A stretch of 43,393 nt of DNA from Chthonomonadaceae bacterium (GCA_035650735.1 DASRGZ010000176.1:1-43393), one strand, 5' to 3'. Numbered from the stretch's first letter, positions 29,649-39,530 are shown. Notes: a model not told the origin generated them from the sequence alone. Translations and numbers: made by a program.

Positions 29649-30465
29649 GTAAAGTCACTCCCTCGCGGCGCCGCGAGTCGTTGTGTCCTACGCGTTGGTC
29701 TTGAGCCGACGCGGCGGGAGGCTGGGCGCGCCCCGGTCCCAAGAGTTGCCGGACGTAGGGCATGACCCAGTAGACGAGCGAGGTCAGCAGAATGGCAAGC
29801 ACCGCTCCCAGCACCACTTCCCGCAGGGAGTGGACGCCCGCCTCGACCCGGCTTTGCGCCACGAGTACCGCCAGTAAGATCGCCAGAAAGGCGACCACTG
29901 TATTTCGCGCTGTAAAGAAAATGGTCATCGCCAGGAAAAATCCGATGGCGCTATGACCGCTGATAATGCCCCCATGCCAGGGGGTTCCCGTATTGCTCAG
30001 TACCTTCGAGATGATGACGATCAGGGTAACTAAGACGATCCCGACGACCACGGGCTGGGTCACATCGGGCGGGAGGCTCTGCTGCATGCGCACCTGAATC
30101 TCGTAGAGCCGTTTCTGGCCGAAGAAGATCAGCACGCCGGCGATGATCGCGTTCATCGCCGCCAGCAGCACCGCCCCCGCCGCCACGTCTTTTACCAGCT
30201 TGGCGATGGGATGATAGCTTTCCGTGACGATGTCCACTAGAGCCTCGATGGCCGTGTTGAACATCTCCGCCACGATAACCAGCGTAATGGCAAAGACCAG
30301 CACCAGCATGTCGCGGTTATCCAGGTTCAGCAGCAGCCCCGACAGCAGCACCGCCACCAGCGTATAGAAATGGAAGCGCATGTGCCGCTGCGTTCGAAAG
30401 CAGTGCAGGATGCCCTCCTGCGCATGTCTAAACCCGGATACCCCCTTTTTCAGGTGCGGTCGCAC
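29605..30465 (-). CDS. dgkA: Diacylglycerol/undecaprenol kinase fused to a PAP2-like domain
   Basis: EMFNTAIE.VD, KDVAAGAVL, then ISGHSAIGF and SRVEAGVHS..EV..G; GAGGAGG SD. Confidence 0.88.
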   Translation of the reverse strand: MRPHLKKGVSGFRHAQEGILHCFRTQRHMRFHFYTLVAVLLSGLLLNLDNRDMLVLVFAITLVIVAEMFNTAIEALVDIVTESYHPIAKLVKDVAAGAVLLAAMNAIIAGVLIFFGQKRLYEIQVRMQQSLPPDVTQPVVVGIVLVTLIVIISKVLSNTGTPWHGGIISGHSAIGFFLAMTIFFTARNTVVAFLAILLAVLVAQSRVEAGVHSLREVVLGAVLAILLTSLVYWVMPYVRQLLGPGRAQPPAASAQDQRVGHNDSRRREGVTLLAYPQTKSELTHDL

Positions 30466-30543
30466 GCAACCTCCTCAATCAGCGATACTTTCAATTTAAA
30501 TCCATGCGCTTAAAGACAACAAGCATGAAAGCCGCACGCTCCT

Positions 30544-31068
30544 CTAGCCAGGGGTTCCGTCCGCAGTACCGTTGGCCGCAGGCTCTCCAGACGGGGCATT
30601 CATGTCCCGGCTGTGCATCAATCCTAGATGGTTCAATATTTCCTGTTCGCGGGCGCGCATCTGCTCGGCGCCGGCCTCCGTCTCATCCTCGTAGCCGAGC
30701 AGGTGGAGGATGCCATGCACGGTCAACAGCGCCAGCTCCTGTTCCAGCGAGACGCCTGCCGCCTCCGCCTGCCGCGCCGCCGTATCCACCGAGATCACCA
30801 CATCCCCCAGGATCGGCGGCTGGCCCGGCAGCTGCGGCGGGCGCGGCACATCGGGCAGGTTTTCGCCCTGGGCGAAGGAGAGCACGTCGGTTGGCTTATC
30901 GTAACCGCGATAGCGGCGGTTCATATCATGGATGGTCGCGTCATCCGTGAGCAGGACGCTCACCTCCGCGCGGCTCTTGCCTTCCGCCTGCAGCAGGCGG
31001 CGGGCTGCCTGGCGGAGCAAGCTCGTCCGCACCGGGCGGCTCTGCACGTTCAACAGAGAGACGGCCAT
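30544..31068 (-). CDS. ybeY: rRNA maturation endoribonuclease
   Basis: NRRYRGYDKPTDVLSF, LGDVVIS, HGILHLLGYED. Confidence 0.93.
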   Translation of the reverse strand: MAVSLLNVQSRPVRTSLLRQAARRLLQAEGKSRAEVSVLLTDDATIHDMNRRYRGYDKPTDVLSFAQGENLPDVPRPPQLPGQPPILGDVVISVDTAARQAEAAGVSLEQELALLTVHGILHLLGYEDETEAGAEQMRAREQEILNHLGLMHSRDMNAPSGEPAANGTADGTPG

Positions 31069-33595
31069 ATAAAACCTCAGGTTCCACCAGGGGAACGGCG
31101 CGGGAAGGCAGCGACGGCCTCGTCACCGCCTCCATCGGCGCGGGAGAAATCTCCCCCGGCGCATACTCTCCCTCACTATTTACGTAGTTGATCCCCCGCG
31201 TGGCGTCCAGATGGGCCGTGATTTCGCGCGCTACTTCCAGGTCAGATACGGCATCCGGCGCCCCGTAGGGCGCTGCCGCGCCCGCATCGGCAACCAGAAG
31301 CTCCTCCGCGCCCTGGGAGCGGGACAGCGGGACAGGCTCCGGGCGTAGATCGGGCCGGACGACCTCCATCGGCCTGCCGGTGGCGGTGCGCGGCGGCAGC
31401 TCCGGGTAGTCAATGCGCCCGTGCATCATCGCCGTCAGCACGTGCAGGAACGCCTCCGAGATAGCTTTCACGTCCTTAAAGGTCAGCGGGCACTCGTCGA
31501 ACTGGCCGTCCTCAATATTGTCGCGCACCAGTTTGGCGATCAGGCTCTCCAGGCATTCCGGCGTGGGCTTGCTCTGGCAGCGGGCGGCAGCCTCGACCGA
31601 GTCGGCCAACATGACGATGGCGGCCTCGCGGGTCTGGGGCTTGGGGCCGGGATAGCGGAACCGCTCCTCAAAGCCAGGGGGCACCTCAACGCCAGAAGCA
31701 TTGTCCACGAGCGCCTGATGGTAGAAGTAGCGAATGAGCGAGGTGCCGTGATGCTGGGCGAGGATGTCGCGGATGGCTTGCGGCAGCTTATGCTCGCGCG
31801 CCATCTCCACCCCGTCGCGCACGTGCGCGATGATGATCAGCGCGGACAGCGACGGGCTGAGGCGGCCATGCACGTTTTCGTGCCGCTGGTTCTCAATGAA
31901 GAACTCGGGCCGCTTCATTTTGCCGATGTCGTGGTAGTATCCGGCGACCCGGCACAGCAGCGCGTCTGCGCCCACGGCCTGCGCGCCCGCCTCCGCCAGC
32001 GTGCCCACCATCATGCTATGGGCGTAGGTGCCCGGCGCAACCGCGCACAACTGCTTTAAGAGCGGCTGATCGAAGGCCGATAGCTCCAGCAGTTGGGTGT
32101 GCGTCAGCAGGCCGAAGGGCTTCTCCAGCGCCTGCAGGCCAAACCAGAACAGGAACGTGGCAAAGAACGCCGAGGCGACGGCCCAGACCGAGCCGGAGAC
32201 CATCTCCGTCGGCGACTCGCTGAGCAGCAGGCCCAGCAGCCACACCAGCGCCAGGTTCGCCGCTGCCAGTGCCGCCGTCGAGTTGAGCAGATTGATCTTG
32301 CGGCGGGCATTGCCGATAGTCATGATACCCACGAGGCTGCTCATCAGCGTCATGACTGTAAAGCGTATCTCGTGGTTCATGATCAGGCCGGAGAGCACGG
32401 AGAGCAGCGCCACGACCAGCACCGCCAGGTGCCTGTCGAGCAGGACGCTCACCAGCATCCCGGCTGCCGCCACGCTCATCATGCCCAGGAAGCCCAGTTG
32501 TCCGCCGGAGAATTGCAGGCCCAGCAGCGTAGCGCCGACCTTGAGGCCGAACACGCTTAGCAGGATCAGGATCGCTAGCAGCGCCAGGTGGGACATGTTG
32601 GCGTAGAGGGCGGGCAGCGTGCGCGCGATATAGAAGGCGACCAGGAACACCATCATGGCCGCCAGCATGCAGATGGCGAACCCGGTGGTCGGCTGTAGGC
32701 GCGGGTTGAGCAAGCCAAGCGCCAGGAACTTATCCAGGTGCTGCGGGGTAACGACTTCGCCCTTGCCAATGATCTTCTCATCCCGCTGAATTAGCTCATA
32801 GATAGGCTCGACTCTACGGGCAGCGGCCTCCTGCGCCTGGGCCGTCTTCTGTTGATTGAGCAGACGATTGGGACGCAGGGCTTGCGCGGCGACGGCGCGC
32901 ACGATGGCGGCGTCGCGGACCGAGGAGAGCTCGTCCTGGGCCGCCATCTGGATCTCGCGCCGGGCGTGGGGAATGTCGCCGGGCAGGGGCAGGTCGCGGA
33001 TAGGACGCGACATCGCGTCTTTTACCAGGCGGGCGGTGGTGGCGCGCAGCTTCTCGAAGACGGTCGGCGGAACGGTGAGCAGGTAGCGGATCTGGGCGCG
33101 GGAGAAATCGGCGCCGATCTGGGACTGTAGGGCGTTGATGGCCTGCGTGGTAGCGTCGGCCTGGTTTCTGGCCGGGTGCAGGGAGCGCGGAGGGAGCTCG
33201 GCGCGGGCGTGGGCTAGCTGCTCAAAAATCTGCTGGGCGGTGTGGTTGGCGCCGAAAGCCGCGCCGTCGTCGGCATCGTAGACGGGCGGGGTTTCCAGTC
33301 GCGCCTGCTGCTGCCGGCGCGCGGTTTCGACGCTGTTGAAGTAGTAGACGCTGCGGGAGGCGCGGACTTCGCGCGGGCTGGTATCGCCGACGCGCAGGGC
33401 GATCTTATCCGGCATCAGGTGAACGGTCATCAAGAGCGAGAGGGCCACGATGGTAATGAAAATGGCTCCCGCCTTCTGCCAGTCCACCCGCAGTAACGGA
33501 GCGGACGCAGGCTTGTTGGTTGCGCCGGGGCGGGGTGTTGTGCCCGTACTGCGCCTACGTCCTCGCCGCCACAACTTGTTAAGCAGTTTATTCAT
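30941..33595 (-). CDS. 7TM-HD phosphohydrolase (PgpH-like cyclic-di-AMP phosphodiesterase)
   Basis: Extracellular domain, 7TM, APGTYAHS, YYHDIGK, FFIENQ, HHGTSLI.YFY, FRYPGPKP, MLADSVEAA, H.RIDYP; conserved order with ybeY-dgkA. Confidence 0.88.
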   Translation of the reverse strand: MNKLLNKLWRRGRRRSTGTTPRPGATNKPASAPLLRVDWQKAGAIFITIVALSLLMTVHLMPDKIALRVGDTSPREVRASRSVYYFNSVETARRQQQARLETPPVYDADDGAAFGANHTAQQIFEQLAHARAELPPRSLHPARNQADATTQAINALQSQIGADFSRAQIRYLLTVPPTVFEKLRATTARLVKDAMSRPIRDLPLPGDIPHARREIQMAAQDELSSVRDAAIVRAVAAQALRPNRLLNQQKTAQAQEAAARRVEPIYELIQRDEKIIGKGEVVTPQHLDKFLALGLLNPRLQPTTGFAICMLAAMMVFLVAFYIARTLPALYANMSHLALLAILILLSVFGLKVGATLLGLQFSGGQLGFLGMMSVAAAGMLVSVLLDRHLAVLVVALLSVLSGLIMNHEIRFTVMTLMSSLVGIMTIGNARRKINLLNSTAALAAANLALVWLLGLLLSESPTEMVSGSVWAVASAFFATFLFWFGLQALEKPFGLLTHTQLLELSAFDQPLLKQLCAVAPGTYAHSMMVGTLAEAGAQAVGADALLCRVAGYYHDIGKMKRPEFFIENQRHENVHGRLSPSLSALIIIAHVRDGVEMAREHKLPQAIRDILAQHHGTSLIRYFYHQALVDNASGVEVPPGFEERFRYPGPKPQTREAAIVMLADSVEAAARCQSKPTPECLESLIAKLVRDNIEDGQFDECPLTFKDVKAISEAFLHVLTAMMHGRIDYPELPPRTATGRPMEVVRPDLRPEPVPLSRSQGAEELLVADAGAAAPYGAPDAVSDLEVAREITAHLDATRGINYVNSEGEYAPGEISPAPMEAVTRPSLPSRAVPLVEPEVLYGRLSVERAEPPGADELAPPGSPPPAAGGRQEPRGGERPAHG

Positions 33596-33747
33596 GGTTG
33601 TCGCGCCGCGTGGGCGACCGTTTGTTGTCTCAATTCTCGCCCGGCTCGCAGAGCGGGCGCCACCGCCGTCTACCTGGAAATAGTATCGGCCGCTCCTGGT
33701 AAATCTGGAGGACGACCGAGCATTTGTAGCAAAGAACAAATATTGCG

Positions 33748-33788
33748 ATATAACGTTATATTATAGCGGACTTTACCTGCCCTGTCAA
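33748..33788 (-). promoter_or_regulatory. Consensus sigma70 promoter with adjacent 14-bp palindrome
   Basis: TTGACA(33788-83)-17-TATAAT(33765-60); ATATAACGTTATAT at 33748-33761. Confidence 0.8.
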
Positions 33789-34007
33789 GCAACAGGCAAT
33801 TAGGTTCTAAGGTTCTAGGGTGCTAATGGTGCTAACTACCTCAGAACCCTAGAACAACGAACTTACCTACAATCGGTTAGACACTCCCATTTGACAGCAA
33901 GAAACATGCCTGCGCTGCCATTACGGAAGGAAGCGCGCTCTGAACCGCAGGCAGGTTCCGGCACATCACTATCAGTGCCGTGATTTTCCATGCAAGAGGC
34001 AGGTCGA

Positions 34008-35054
34008 ATGCGGACAGAAGTTCTGCGGGTCGATCCCGCCCAGCCAGAAAGAGACATCCTCGCGCGGGCGGCAGAGATATTGCGTCACGGCGGGCTGGTC
34101 GCCTTCCCGACGGAAACGGTCTACGGTCTGGGGGCCAATGCGCTCGATGCAGCGGCGGTGGCCCGGATTTTTGCGGCCAAAGGCCGGCCCCCCAACAACC
34201 CTCTGATCGTGCATGTGCCGGAGGCGGAGGCGGCGCGTGGGATCGTGGCCGCGTGGCCGGAGGCGGCGGCGCAACTGGCGGAGCGCTTCTGGCCCGGCCC
34301 GTTGACACTCGTGCTGCCCCGGCGCGAGGTTATCCCTGATGTGGTGACGGCAGGCGGGCCGACGGTAGCCGTGCGCGTGCCGGCGCATCCGGTCGCCCTG
34401 GCGCTGCTGCGCGCGGCGGGCGTTCCCATAGCGGCCCCCAGCGCCAATCGCTCCATGCGCCTCTCGCCGACGCGGGCCGAGCATGTCTTACGGGGATTGA
34501 ACGGTCGGATCGAGTTGATCCTGGACGGCGGGCCAACGACCGGCGGGCTGGAGTCAACGGTGCTGGATCTGACGGTCATGCCGCCGCGCCTGCTGCGCCC
34601 CGGCCTGGTCACGCCCGCTGAAATAGAGGCGATCATCGGCCCCATCGCGCGCCCGGTACAAGCGCCTCCCTCCAGCGCACCGCTGCCCTCGCCCGGCATG
34701 ATGACGCGCCACTATGCGCCGCGCGCGCCGCTGGAGATCGCATCCGGGAACGGCGGAGAGCGGGCGCAGGCGCTGCGGGCAAGCGGACTGCGGGTGGGCT
34801 GGATCACCTTTGACGCGGGGAACGTGGTAAGCGCGCCCGGCCTGGAAATCATCGCGCTGCCGCCGGAGCCGTCGGCCTTTGCCGCCCAGCTTTATGCCGC
34901 CCTGCACGCGCTAGATGAGGCGGGGGTCGAGCGCATTGTGGTGGATCAGCCGCCGCAGACGGAAGCCTGGCTTGCCGTTCGCGACCGCCTGCGCCGCGCC
35001 GCTGCCGCCGCCGAACTGTCCCCCCAGGAGGAGCGCACCGATGCCGGAGACTGA
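34008..35054 (+). CDS. sua5: Threonylcarbamoyl-AMP synthase (Sua5 type)
   Basis: VAFPTETVYGLGA, KGRPPNNPLIVH, FWPGPLT, AAPSAN, GLESTV, SPGMMTRHYAP and a SUA5 C-terminal domain. Confidence 0.93.
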   Translation: MRTEVLRVDPAQPERDILARAAEILRHGGLVAFPTETVYGLGANALDAAAVARIFAAKGRPPNNPLIVHVPEAEAARGIVAAWPEAAAQLAERFWPGPLTLVLPRREVIPDVVTAGGPTVAVRVPAHPVALALLRAAGVPIAAPSANRSMRLSPTRAEHVLRGLNGRIELILDGGPTTGGLESTVLDLTVMPPRLLRPGLVTPAEIEAIIGPIARPVQAPPSSAPLPSPGMMTRHYAPRAPLEIASGNGGERAQALRASGLRVGWITFDAGNVVSAPGLEIIALPPEPSAFAAQLYAALHALDEAGVERIVVDQPPQTEAWLAVRDRLRRAAAAAELSPQEERTDAGD

Positions 35055-35118
35055 CGCCGCATTCACTTCAACGTCCGCGTATACTTCCAGGAGGGTATCT
35101 GAAGAAAGGAGACTCCTC

Positions 35119-35325
35119 ATGAACATCCCGTCTCAGCAAGACATCCCGCCTCCGCAAGAGGTCATTGAGGCAACCGAGGAAGAGAAGCGATTGTGCTAGG
35201 CACTCATTGAGGCTGGCTTGATGGAGAAAATGAAGCGCCGTCCCAGGGAGAGCACGCTGGAGCGCCCGACCGTTACGATTAAGGGAAGGCCGCTCTCAGA
35301 GACACTCATTGAGGATCGTCGGTAA
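35119..35325 (+). pseudogene. Antitoxin-like small gene interrupted by an in-frame TAG at 35197-35199
   Basis: AAAGGAG SD. Reading through the TAG gives ..ALIEAGL..VTIKGRPLSETLIEDRR, a C-terminus recalled from antitoxins paired with PIN toxins. Confidence 0.55.
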
Positions 35326-36818
35326 TGACGCAGTTTTACAATGATGCCAGTATTGGGAGAACCGCAGAGGCGCCGGTGGCCGCAGCCTCCGCTTTCCCGC
35401 TGCCGCAAAGCGAAACGGCCACAAAGCGATTGGCGTTGGGTTGGCGGGTGGCGGGCGGAGCAGGGACAGGACTTCTGCTCGCGGCCTGCTTTCCGCCCCT
35501 CAGCCAGCCGTGGCTGCTGCCCCTCGCTGTCGCCGCGCTGCTGGGGCTGCTGTCGGGCGTCACCGTACGCCCGGCATTCTACATCGGGCTCTCCTTCGGC
35601 TTTGCGCTGTTCGCCTCCGCGCTTTTCTGGCTAACCAACCTGTTTGGCGTATCGGCGATCTCGCTCTGGGCCATTCTGGCGGCGTTCCCGGCGCTGTTTG
35701 CCGCGCTGTTCGTATGGCTGCGGGGAAGGCTGCCGCGCGTTCCTATCTGGCTGTTGGCTGCGGTGGTCTGGACGGGCGTAGAATACTATCGCTCCGAGCC
35801 GTTTGTCCTGAATTTCGGCTGGCTGGGATTGGGTTACGCCGTCGTCAACGCGCCGGCTCTGGCCGTCTGCGCCTCCTGGTTCGGCTCCTACGGCCTGAGC
35901 TTTGCGCTGGTTGCCTTCAGCGCCCTGCTTTTGCGCCTCGCCATCCATCCGGGGAAGCGCCCTCTGGCGGGCGGGCTGATTCTCCTCTGGCTCCTGATCC
36001 TCTGGATACCCCGCCCGGTGCCGCCGCCCTCCCGCCCCATGCAGGTCCGGCTGGTGCAGGCCAATTCGGAGGACGACGCGCATCTGTGGGGCCTGTCTCA
36101 TCCCACTCCGGGCGCACGGGCCGATGTGATCGTATGGCCGGAATATAGCCTGGTCAGCGATCCGAGGCGCATACCGCTCTATTGGCAGAAATTGGAGGGC
36201 GTGGCGCGGGAGAATCGCGCCTATTTCCTGTTCGGCGCTAAAGAGGAGCTCGATCCCCGCGACGATACCCGGTTTCGCAATACTGCCTTTCTGCTCGATC
36301 CGAGCGGTCGGCTGATCGGCAAGCATACCAAGAACCACACGGTCCATTTCATCCGGGATGGCGTGGGGGGAACGCAAGCCCGCGCGCTGCCGACGGCGTT
36401 GGGGAAGCTCGGCATCGCCATCTGCTTCGATATGGACTTCCCCGACGTGGCGCGGCGGCTGGCTGCCGATGGGGCGGAGGTGTTCCTGGCGCCAAGCGAT
36501 GATCCGCCGGAATGGGGGCCCATCCAGCCGGAGCAGCACCGCCTCCTGTTCCAGATGCGCGCGGCGGAATGCGGGCGGTGGCTGGCGCGGGCGGACGTGG
36601 CGGGAGGCACCTCGGTGGTCGCGCCGACGGGCCGCGAGATATTGCGGGTCTCCACGCGCAGCCCGGCGGTACTGGAGGCCCGCCTGGGGCGCGAGACGGT
36701 CCAGACCCTCTATGTGCGCGGCGGCTGGCGGTTCGGGCCGGCGTGCCTGTGGGCGCTTCTGGTGCTCTGTGCCTGGGCAGCGCTGCCTGTCCGCTGGCGT
36801 GGTTTCCGAGGGAGCTAG
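35325..36818 (+). CDS. Apolipoprotein N-acyltransferase-like membrane nitrilase-fold enzyme
   Basis: N-terminal TMs, WLGLGY, triad motifs IVWPE, HTKNH and AICFD. Confidence 0.8.
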   Translation: MTQFYNDASIGRTAEAPVAAASAFPLPQSETATKRLALGWRVAGGAGTGLLLAACFPPLSQPWLLPLAVAALLGLLSGVTVRPAFYIGLSFGFALFASALFWLTNLFGVSAISLWAILAAFPALFAALFVWLRGRLPRVPIWLLAAVVWTGVEYYRSEPFVLNFGWLGLGYAVVNAPALAVCASWFGSYGLSFALVAFSALLLRLAIHPGKRPLAGGLILLWLLILWIPRPVPPPSRPMQVRLVQANSEDDAHLWGLSHPTPGARADVIVWPEYSLVSDPRRIPLYWQKLEGVARENRAYFLFGAKEELDPRDDTRFRNTAFLLDPSGRLIGKHTKNHTVHFIRDGVGGTQARALPTALGKLGIAICFDMDFPDVARRLAADGAEVFLAPSDDPPEWGPIQPEQHRLLFQMRAAECGRWLARADVAGGTSVVAPTGREILRVSTRSPAVLEARLGRETVQTLYVRGGWRFGPACLWALLVLCAWAALPVRWRGFRGS

Positions 36819-36843
36819 AGAGCAGCGACAGGTAGGGGAGCGT

Positions 36844-38148
36844 CTAGGGAAGCGATCCGGCTTGAGCCGCGTCGGACTGTAAAAGCAGCCGCCACGGCTG
36901 GAGCGTTCCCAGGTTTCTGACCTCGGTAGGCTCTAAGGCCGCGAACTCATAGGCGGAGTGGCGCAGCGCATAGCGCAATACATTGCTGAGGATGATCTGA
37001 CCGGGAGCGGCCAGGCCGTTGAGACGTTCCGCGATGTCCATGCAGTCGCCGATGGCCGCCAGGCGCGCATAATCGAGGGGACGCATGGCGACCAGATGGA
37101 TACGCCCCATCGCCATGCCAATATGGACGCCGTGACGCGCCTGCACGTGGTCAATGCGCCGCTGCCATTCATGCGAGACGGAGGCGCCGATGTCGAGCAG
37201 GCGAACGGCGGTACGCATGGCATCGTCCAGATAGCCTGGGCGGTGATCCGGCAGCCCGAACAGCGCCACGACCGCATCTCCCACGAACTGCACCATCATA
37301 CCGCCAGCGTTGATGATCTGGTAGCGCGCTTTGGCGTAGAAGCCGGTCAAGATCTGGCGCACCACCGCATCATCAAAGGTATCGTGCATATAGCGGGAGA
37401 ACCCGGACAGGTCGGCCATCACCACGACGACCTGCTCGTACAATCCCGGTGGAACCAGCCGCCGGGGATCCTCCTGTTCGCGGACATGCCGCAGCTCGCG
37501 CAGGCGCCACGTGCCGAAGTGCCAGAGCAGATTCTGGCGCAGGACGCTTTCGCTGTAATCGGTGGTGACCGGGAGTTTCGGCGCCTCCCCGAAGGCCAGC
37601 CGCTCCTTGCCGTAATCAATGCACTCCCGAATCGCCAGCAGATCCGGGCCGGTAAAGGCCGGAATCGTCTGCCCGAAGCACTCGACCATCAGGCAGTGCA
37701 GGCGCTCTTCGTCCCAGACCTCCAGGCGCAAAGGAGGGGCCAGCGCTTGCTGCAGCGCGGCTTCGAGGACAGGCCAGTCTGCGTGTGCGGCGGTTTCAAT
37801 TACCAGCACCACTCGGTCTTCGGCGAGGGTGGAGGCAGGAAGCTGCCCATACTTGCGCCGCAGATGGGCCAGCACCGTCTGGGAGTCGTAGCCGTATTTG
37901 ATCTCCAGGAAGTAGGGCTGCCCTCCGATAGGCTCAATGCGCAGATCGGCAAAGGCGCCGGGCGGGCCTAGCGCCCACTCGCGATCAATGCGCACGGCCC
38001 CGAACTGGGCCGGGTCGCCCTTTGAGTGCAGGAAGCGCACCAGATCGGAGCAGACATCCTCCAGCAGGAGACGGCTCATGTAATCGAGGTCGTTGGAATC
38101 ATGGCAAGCCATAGGCAGGCTCTGCAAGTTAGGAATCCCTGTTACCAC
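36844..38148 (-). CDS. Class III nucleotide cyclase with N-terminal PD-(D/E)xK restriction-endonuclease-like domain
   Basis: MADLSGFS, QFVGDAVVALFG, HIGMAMG, IGDCMDIAERL, PGQIILS; N-terminal ADLRI..FLEIK and LEVWDEERL. Confidence 0.8.
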   Translation of the reverse strand: MVTGIPNLQSLPMACHDSNDLDYMSRLLLEDVCSDLVRFLHSKGDPAQFGAVRIDREWALGPPGAFADLRIEPIGGQPYFLEIKYGYDSQTVLAHLRRKYGQLPASTLAEDRVVLVIETAAHADWPVLEAALQQALAPPLRLEVWDEERLHCLMVECFGQTIPAFTGPDLLAIRECIDYGKERLAFGEAPKLPVTTDYSESVLRQNLLWHFGTWRLRELRHVREQEDPRRLVPPGLYEQVVVVMADLSGFSRYMHDTFDDAVVRQILTGFYAKARYQIINAGGMMVQFVGDAVVALFGLPDHRPGYLDDAMRTAVRLLDIGASVSHEWQRRIDHVQARHGVHIGMAMGRIHLVAMRPLDYARLAAIGDCMDIAERLNGLAAPGQIILSNVLRYALRHSAYEFAALEPTEVRNLGTLQPWRLLLQSDAAQAGSLP

Positions 38149-38291
38149 CGGATGTCACCTTATTGTCGCCTATCAAATCCTATTCCTGCTTTAGTGTATC
38201 ACACATTTGCGAAAACTACGGTGCATTTCCTGTGTTTTGGGCTTGTGGAGTTGCCGCAGGACTTACGGCTTTGGAAAAGAAGAGGCAAAGC

Positions 38292-38343
38292 AACATCCCT
38301 ACCCTTAGCGCCTGCCCGACAAGGCCCCAGGGGTAGGGATGTT
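38292..38343. terminator. Stem-loop downstream of the PEP-CTERM gene (possible terminator)
   Basis: 13-bp inverted repeat AACATCCCTACCC/GGGTAGGGATGTT; U-tract weak. Confidence 0.4.
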
Positions 38344-38402
38344 CTGTTTCAGGTCATGCCCGGAGTTCGGGATGACTCATGCCTGAGGAAGCGAGCAAAC
38401 GA

Positions 38403-39530
38403 TCAGGATTTACGGCGGCGCAGCAACAGGCCCGCCGTCGAAAGGGAGCCGATCGCCAGGAACGCCAACGTGCCGGGTTCCGGCACCGCCTGCAGGGTGC
38501 CGAAGAGGCCGTTCGCTTCGTGGTTAATCCCGGCGGCGAAATAGAGTTTGTTGGCGTCGCTGATGAGGCCGTTGCCGAAGGTGATACCCCACAGGCCGTC
38601 AATTGCGATCGGATTGTGGTTGAGGTCTTCAAGCTGACCCAGGAAAGCCTTGGTGTTGGGGTCGAAGGCATTGATGCGCCCATCGCCGAAGTTGCCGACG
38701 AGCAGATCGTTGCTGAAAGCGCCAAAATTGCCGGGAGCCAGGGCCAGACCCCAGGGCGAGTTGAGCGTGCCCTGAGAGGCGAAGTGATCTGCCAGACTGC
38801 CATCGGGGTTAAATATGTCAATGAAACCGTGGCCTAGACCTGGCACGTCGTCTTCGGCGTTGGAATCCTGCAAGGCATAGGTAACGTAAAGCTTATCGCC
38901 TATGTTCTGAATGTTAAAGGGGGCGTAGCCAGTGGGCAAGTTGGGATCCCTGAAGTTTCCGGCTAATGTTGTCGGATTAAAGCCGCTATCGAACACATCA
39001 ATTCTGCCGTTGTGGAAATCAGCAGCGTAGAGGTGATCGCCAGCGATGGTAATCCCTTTGTAAATGGCTCCGGCAGGCGTGCTATCCGCTACTATCTGGG
39101 CGGTCAAGCCGTCGGCGGGCTTCCAGGCCGCGATGGTCCCGTCTTCGGTGGCGAAGATAAAGAAGTTGCCATCGAAATTGGAGGAGCCGTTGAAGACCTG
39201 TCCGGTCGGAGCGGAGGTCGTTCCGGCAGGACTGCCCGGAGGTGGCGGGATGGTGAAAACACGTGGGATGATGTTCCCGGCTCCATTGTAGAGGGTGGTT
39301 ACGCCGGTGCCATTGTCCGAGACCCAGAACGGGGTGTTGGGGCCGCGCGAGATGCCCCAGGGGTTGACCAGATTGGGGTCCACTTTGTTCGGGTCGTTGC
39401 CCACGAGTTGCGGCAGGTCGGAGACGAGGTTGGTCTGCTGATAGGCATTCTGGGCCAGGACGGCCGCAGGGGCCAGAGCCAGCAAGAGGAGGCTGCTCCA
39501 GGCCGTCAGACGCGCGAAGCGAGTCGCCAT
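38403..39530 (-). CDS. TIGR03118-like secreted protein with PEP-CTERM sorting signal
   Basis: Signal peptide, YQQTNLVSD, DPNLVNPWGI, WVSDNGTG, FIFATEDGTI, LLVGNFGDG, IDGLWGI; C-terminal VPEP-TM-RRRK. Confidence 0.9.
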   Translation of the reverse strand: MATRFARLTAWSSLLLLALAPAAVLAQNAYQQTNLVSDLPQLVGNDPNKVDPNLVNPWGISRGPNTPFWVSDNGTGVTTLYNGAGNIIPRVFTIPPPPGSPAGTTSAPTGQVFNGSSNFDGNFFIFATEDGTIAAWKPADGLTAQIVADSTPAGAIYKGITIAGDHLYAADFHNGRIDVFDSGFNPTTLAGNFRDPNLPTGYAPFNIQNIGDKLYVTYALQDSNAEDDVPGLGHGFIDIFNPDGSLADHFASQGTLNSPWGLALAPGNFGAFSNDLLVGNFGDGRINAFDPNTKAFLGQLEDLNHNPIAIDGLWGITFGNGLISDANKLYFAAGINHEANGLFGTLQAVPEPGTLAFLAIGSLSTAGLLLRRRKS

